A stretch of DNA of 64,000 nt from Candidatus Omnitrophota bacterium (lineage in GTDB: Bacteria; Omnitrophota; Gorgyraeia; 2-02-FULL-51-18), in assembly GCA_945877765.1 (NCBI GenBank), contig CAMDWQ010000003.1, positions 52,168 through 116,167 of the forward strand, read 5' to 3'. The notes under the pieces were generated by a model. The model did not search any database and had not been told where the DNA came from. It was given only the letters and a program-made list of their open reading frames with translations. Positions 59,161-64,000 of this stretch are shown one piece after another; the first letter of the stretch is position 1, and each line of letters opens with the position of its first letter. The position numbers and the translations under genes are program-made.

Positions 59161-62100
59161 CTAAGCCGCAGCGCCGACAGCGATCTCGACTAAATGCGCG
59201 TAGGCGGCAATTTGCTGGAAGTCAAACTTAAGCGCTGCCACAACAAGGGGCTCGATCTTCCGGAGGTATTCTGTTTTGGCTTGAGGGTCATTAAAATCGC
59301 TTGGGATTTGGTGCAATATTTTAAATGTCTTTGGCTCCACAAGCGACACCTCATACGCGTTGGCTGTTAAAGGAGTGATGAGTCGCTTGATTTCTAAATA
59401 TTCATCAGTCCGCCGGATGCCGGCGGTCTTGACTACCGTGTCAAGAACTCGGACGATATGACCACCCTCTTTTTGGATCAGGGAAATTCCAGATTTCTCA
59501 GGGACTTCCATTTTCTCCAAGGTATCTTTGGCGGCCACTACTGACTTTAGCGCCCCTGGGGGAGCGGTCGCAAAAGATAAGCGCGGATCATCATCCAGTA
59601 CCATTTGTCCATCTTCGCGCCGCACAAATTGAACATAAATATGTCTATTTTCTAAAAAATTCATCGCTGCCCCAAGCATGTTAAGAAGCGGCCCGGACAC
59701 GCCATCAGGAAACACATCTTGCGTGACCATGTGAACTACCACGGGATCGCCATCGGGAGCACCGAGAACGATTCGCATCGTTTGCCTGACCGCTAGAGCC
59801 ACAGCCGGCACCTCCTGGTCGGCCAAAACAGTTGTCGTATGGAGCTCTTCTTGAATCGCTTTGATTTCTGCCGCACCTTGCGCGATTTCATCGGGAGTCA
59901 GCTTCACATGGCCTATTTCATTCTGATGATCCCCATAAAAAACGACAACACCCTCCTCACTCTCGTGAAGTAGAGCCAATCCATTATCAAAATCAAACGG
60001 AAAGTTTCCTGCTTTTATCGCGGCTGCGACATACATCCGGATAACGCTTTGGTCCTTGGCGTCAAGCTGACCGAGGCTAGTCAGCACCCGTCCTTCTGGC
60101 TTTCCAAAAGTCTTGGCCAATTTTTCGATGGGTGTACCTTCGTCCGCCTCAACCAGAAGCTTTCTTTTGGGATCAATCGACACATGTACGGCACTCGCGC
60201 CCATTTTTAATCGCAATTCCTTGTCGGTTGAATAATATCTGGGCCATGGGTTGCTTGCTGGAATAGTAATCGCCAACCGAGCGCCGTGTGGCGGAGGGTT
60301 GATCTCATTCATCGTCTTGTCTAGCAACCCGGAATCAGTTGCTTTCAAGATAGTCCTAAGACGATTTTCCGCCTCGCCAAGAGAGATACGCTTAGAAGCA
60401 TCAGCAGCAGTCAAATCGTAGATCAATTCAACCAACCCTGATTTTCTCAAAACATTCACAAGCATATTTGTGATATCAGCTATCAACATACTTCCTAATC
60501 CAAAAGTATGGAATGCACCTTTTTCGGACGCTATAAAAATTATTAAAATTGATCTGCCGAAACTATAGGCATCAAGAGACTTCTCGGTCACATCACCAAG
60601 AGACTCGGGGGAAGCGTATAGATTGGTACGTGCATTGCTGAGTCGCTTGCCCACCTTCCTCAAACTAAGAAAGTCAATGATCCAAAGCTTAAGCTCATCA
60701 TTAAAAATTGCATTTGATGGCTTCACGTCGCCGTGAACAAAACCAAGAGTATGCAACTCTTGAAGTTTTGCCGCCCAAGCAATAAGCAACTGGAGCACGG
60801 AACGAAGTGTTAGAGACTCCAAATTTTTGCTCTCAAGATCTTTGAGCCTGGGAACATCCGAAACAAAAAAATCTCTTCCATTGAATTTTCCTACAGCAAC
60901 GATATTTTCCCAATCAATCAACTGACTGCCCTTGACGGCGCTAACCCGGCGAAATCTCAGATAAACAAGTGCCTCTTGCCTTATTTGAGCATTGGATTCT
61001 GGTGTCCGCGCGATTTTATACGTCAGATTCCCTTTAGAGAAAATCTCCCCAGTCCCTCCCCACCCAACGTCTTCTGCATCCGCTGGAATATCATCCAAGA
61101 AAGGAATCTGGGTCATAAGGGCGATCTTTTTCATAGACGGCACTTTGATAACTCTTTGCGGAGGACCTAAGCGTGTCGCCAGGTCAGTGGGTTTCTCCTC
61201 CGCATCGTTGTTCCCACTTTTCGCAAGCCGCGCGCCCGAATCTTCATCCTCTTGGGATTCATCAACATCGATGATTCGCCTCAAAGCAATCTTTCGCTCA
61301 GGCTCGGTTTTTGTTTTATCAAAAACAACGTATTTAAAACCTAACCACGAAAATTCGATACGAGTCGCTATGCCCGTAATCTCCTCGCCATTCGTTAAGG
61401 TAATGGTGATTGGTTTTCTAAAACCCATCACCCGAAGCAATCTTTGAAGTTTAGTGGCATTTTCGTCCCAATAATCGATTAGTCTTATCTTGGGCGCTTG
61501 CACAGTTACAGAATCATTCTCAAAATTGGTCTTACCAAATATATATTTTTTCTTAAACAATCTATCGAACAACTCAAAAAAAGAATCAATTGGCGAAAGC
61601 CCCAGGTTCTCAAGCCGTAGCCTATTCAAGGCCTCGCCAACAAAATCTGAATCAGTAGCCCTCCAGACATCGCGAACTCGCCACAAGCTTACCGATCGAA
61701 GCCTGTCGTCTCCTTGAATCTCCAAAAGAATCTGCATTCCAAGCAGGCTCGACATAAAACGGATAGGAATACCAATAACTTTAGCGCCAAAAGGAACCGT
61801 AGTCAGAACCACTGGAAGCTGCTCGTAAATCATCTCTTGTAACCGCTCTTCAATTGTCAGCTCAAAATCTTCGCTTGCCAGCCGCGCCCCACCCGATTCG
61901 CCCATTGAGCGGGTTTTAGCATTGTCAATAATAAGCGGCGTAATCTTCAGCTCATTAAGAGGTGTTTGTTTTGAGGTAGACATGAGTCGATTGAATGGCC
62001 AACGATTGGTGGGTGCCAGCCTCGCCCCTTCGACACGCAGCTTCGCCACTTGCTCGGGACCCATCTTCGCTTTGCTTAGCCTTGCCCCGTTGGCACGCCC

Positions 62101-64000
62101 ATTAACCTGGGGCGCTGAGAGTCCACTGTTCGAGAAAAAGTGCTCGTCTGATTTTTGTTTAGCAAACAGGAACCATGCCTGCAGGGCATTTTTTTCCATG
62201 CCATTATTGGAGACACGTTTAAATATATAAAATGCTATCTGAACTATACTTTTCAAGGCCTTGATATAGCGCGCTGGGGGGATTGGTGTTTCGCCCATGA
62301 CCGGTTCAAGAGAACCCGGATCGCGGAATGGAAAAAATGAAAAATTAAGATTATCCGGCATTGTGACCTCTGTGTATCTATTTTTAAATAAAAAACCATG
62401 ATAATTCACCATGCGCTCAACGAAGTCCGTCATATAATTATTTATGCGCTCATCATCTCCGATTGCCTGCGGATACATCGCCCTCAAAAGGATTTTAACT
62501 TCGTCCGCGCTTTGATCATTCCAAGCTTCCTCTAAGGTTAGGGTGGACATGCCTCGTAATATCCTCACGCTCACATAGTTTGTTTTTCCGCTTAATCGAT
62601 TGTAAATCGGGTGAGTTGCTACGGTATGGGGATCCAATAAGTTGGCGTCGTAATCATTCATTTGTTTCTGACGATGTTCGATCACGCTAAGCTCTTCTAG
62701 CCCCGCCAATCCATAGCCTACGGCGTATCCTCCTGCATGGTCACCCAAAACCATGATGGACTGATCAAATTCATTAAATGAAAAAAAGTGGCCGGCAGTC
62801 AAATCATTATTAGTTGAAAAATCTTGAAGCTCATTTAAGGGAATAAAAGAGCCCGTGCCTTTCCACTCAATAGAAAGAGAATCATTTGTATGGAGAGAGC
62901 CTTCCTTCTTTAATATATCCAAAAGTTCTTGATTGGTGAAAGAGTGGGGTTTTTGGATATCGGTGATGTTTTCAACCTCATCTAAAAGGTTTTGTGTTGT
63001 TTCAATTAATTGTCCAGAACTTGTCGAAAATGTCTTAAAGCCCGGAATCGTGAAAACACGCGAGGATTTATATTTTTGGGACCCATCATCAGCAGTGGTT
63101 TGAATGAAACGCACGAAACCTTTTATTGTCATGGGTTTGCCGTCGCGCCCAAGCACGGGAGTTAAGTTCATTTCTTGACGTACCTCTTCCCCCGTTAGCC
63201 TGTTAACGCTGCCATTGCGAACGTCGTAAATAGCGGGTGATTTTGTACCCTCTTCTTCAATGAATGGAACGGGAAGCAAATCACCGGTATAAAGATTAAA
63301 TGGTCCTTTTCCCGACGAGGACCGCATAAGCATGTACTCCGCTGGTTTCCAGATCACCCACGACTCAACGCCGGAAGAGACTCGAAGCCGCCCGTCGCTA
63401 GTAGCGAAGGCATTAATCAGGCGATGCTTTGATACAATTTTATCCATGCGTTCATTATGCCCATTCACCCAAGACTCAAGCTCGGCTGAACTCTTTCCAT
63501 CTAATATTATTTCCGGCAGATCGTACTCATCCAAACTTTCCTCAGCATCAGCGGCCATCCTCGCCCCCTGCCCCGCCGGGACAAGCTCTCTTTGTGGCGT
63601 AGGAGCTGGGACTGCTGGCTCTGGCTTCGGAACCGGAGTCGGGTGCGGCACAGGTGTGGGTGGACTGATTGGGACGTGCACGGGATCGACGCCTGGCTCT
63701 TCTTGGGGAATACCGGGTTTACTTGAAGTGGGAGAGGCTTGAAGAGCAAGCCGGGCGGCTGCGGCAGAACCTGTGGTTTGATTAAGCTTGGCTTGGAAGG
63801 CTGTTTTTAAATCTGGCTGATGGAGTTCCAAAGTATACTGCACGGCGTCCAGTTGATAGATTTTTTCTGCAGGGACTTCCCCATTCACGAATCCTTGGGC
63901 GAGCGCAGTGATGTATCTCACGGTGGCGGACTGGGGATCATTTATTTCAGAGGAGTTGATCAATGGGTCAAAACGCAAGTCGGGTACTATCACGGGATTG
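59161..64000 (-). CDS. Very large multidomain protein (>1,610 aa). The N-terminus may lie beyond the window end. It contains a Pro-rich linker, GARL(A/S) repeats and a eukaryotic-like Ser/Thr protein-kinase catalytic core (approx. 60500..61200).
   Basis: Single uninterrupted ORF. Kinase motifs: LGFVHGDVKPSNAIF (HxDxKPxN catalytic loop), IIDFLSL (DFG-like), LYASPESLGD (APE). Sits directly upstream of the abiE pair. Confidence 0.8.
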   Translation of the reverse strand, partial: NPVIVPDLRFDPLINSSEINDPQSATVRYITALAQGFVNGEVPAEKIYQLDAVQYTLELHQPDLKTAFQAKLNQTTGSAAAARLALQASPTSSKPGIPQEEPGVDPVHVPISPPTPVPHPTPVPKPEPAVPAPTPQRELVPAGQGARMAADAEESLDEYDLPEIILDGKSSAELESWVNGHNERMDKIVSKHRLINAFATSDGRLRVSSGVESWVIWKPAEYMLMRSSSGKGPFNLYTGDLLPVPFIEEEGTKSPAIYDVRNGSVNRLTGEEVRQEMNLTPVLGRDGKPMTIKGFVRFIQTTADDGSQKYKSSRVFTIPGFKTFSTSSGQLIETTQNLLDEVENITDIQKPHSFTNQELLDILKKEGSLHTNDSLSIEWKGTGSFIPLNELQDFSTNNDLTAGHFFSFNEFDQSIMVLGDHAGGYAVGYGLAGLEELSVIEHRQKQMNDYDANLLDPHTVATHPIYNRLSGKTNYVSVRILRGMSTLTLEEAWNDQSADEVKILLRAMYPQAIGDDERINNYMTDFVERMVNYHGFLFKNRYTEVTMPDNLNFSFFPFRDPGSLEPVMGETPIPPARYIKALKSIVQIAFYIFKRVSNNGMEKNALQAWFLFAKQKSDEHFFSNSGLSAPQVNGRANGARLSKAKMGPEQVAKLRVEGARLAPTNRWPFNRLMSTSKQTPLNELKITPLIIDNAKTRSMGESGGARLASEDFELTIEERLQEMIYEQLPVVLTTVPFGAKVIGIPIRFMSSLLGMQILLEIQGDDRLRSVSLWRVRDVWRATDSDFVGEALNRLRLENLGLSPIDSFFELFDRLFKKKYIFGKTNFENDSVTVQAPKIRLIDYWDENATKLQRLLRVMGFRKPITITLTNGEEITGIATRIEFSWLGFKYVVFDKTKTEPERKIALRRIIDVDESQEDEDSGARLAKSGNNDAEEKPTDLATRLGPPQRVIKVPSMKKIALMTQIPFLDDIPADAEDVGWGGTGEIFSKGNLTYKIARTPESNAQIRQEALVYLRFRRVSAVKGSQLIDWENIVAVGKFNGRDFFVSDVPRLKDLESKNLESLTLRSVLQLLIAWAAKLQELHTLGFVHGDVKPSNAIFNDELKLWIIDFLSLRKVGKRLSNARTNLYASPESLGDVTEKSLDAYSFGRSILIIFIASEKGAFHTFGLGSMLIADITNMLVNVLRKSGLVELIYDLTAADASKRISLGEAENRLRTILKATDSGLLDKTMNEINPPPHGARLAITIPASNPWPRYYSTDKELRLKMGASAVHVSIDPKRKLLVEADEGTPIEKLAKTFGKPEGRVLTSLGQLDAKDQSVIRMYVAAAIKAGNFPFDFDNGLALLHESEEGVVVFYGDHQNEIGHVKLTPDEIAQGAAEIKAIQEELHTTTVLADQEVPAVALAVRQTMRIVLGAPDGDPVVVHMVTQDVFPDGVSGPLLNMLGAAMNFLENRHIYVQFVRREDGQMVLDDDPRLSFATAPPGALKSVVAAKDTLEKMEVPEKSGISLIQKEGGHIVRVLDTVVKTAGIRRTDEYLEIKRLITPLTANAYEVSLVEPKTFKILHQIPSDFNDPQAKTEYLRKIEPLVVAALKFDFQQIAAYAHLVEIAVGAAA

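Noticed and set aside
1-64000. Alternative genetic code (UGA sense) suggested by the long minus-strand gene at 1..1989 missing from the ORF track
   Set aside because: Manual translation shows no internal stop; the gene was omitted only because its stop lies outside the window. The RF2 frameshift site uses UGA as a functional stop, so the standard code 11 applies.
1-64000. Search for tRNA, rRNA, CRISPR arrays and riboswitches/T-boxes in the few intergenic gaps
   Set aside because: Every gap longer than 50 nt is accounted for by a promoter, the RF2 leader or the two repeat families. No cloverleaf-compatible or direct-repeat/spacer structure was seen.

Overview
This 64-kb window (~50% GC) has about 52 protein-coding genes, all on the minus strand and mostly overlapping or separated by a few bases. 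I found no rRNA, tRNA or CRISPR array.

Gene content, from high to low coordinate:
- a partial open-ended protein >1,610 aa with a eukaryotic-like Ser/Thr kinase core, followed by abiEii and abiEi behind a strong, nearly leaderless promoter;
- prfB with the canonical programmed +1 frameshift, then secA, lnt, lysS, lolC/E, lolD, ilvE;
- mcsA-mcsB-clpC with no ctsR, an unknown periplasmic protein, then mlaE-mlaF-mlaD;
- a PIN/TRAM (YacL-like) protein, ispD, ispF, cysE, cysS, tmk, holB, metG;
- cysteine desulfurase, tatD, a CPBP protease, thiL, tsaE, tsaB, alr;
- ilvB-ilvH-ilvC-leuA behind a perfect sigma70 consensus promoter;
- aroE, a prepilin peptidase, aroC, aroK, dprA, then topA carrying an in-frame ThiS/MoaD-like N-terminal domain, then xerC;
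- an LPS locus (waaA, lpxK, an LpxL-type acyltransferase fused to an ELM1-like domain, a GT4::GT9 fusion, a polysaccharide deacetylase, a single GT9 and a tandem GT9-GT9 heptosyltransferase);
- two secreted hypothetical proteins.

The genome is diderm-type (LPS, Lol, Lnt, Mla), yet the gene order is strikingly Firmicute-like.

Observations most worth a second look:
1. A ~160-bp multi-hairpin intergenic element in three copies with compensatory base changes in every stem, which points to a structured RNA or DNA.
2. A REP-like hairpin-doublet repeat family with at least five intergenic copies, plus fragments, one inside a coding sequence.
3. The abiE pair in inverted gene order next to the giant kinase-domain protein, a possible defence or effector island.
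4. The ubiquitin-like::TopA in-frame fusion.
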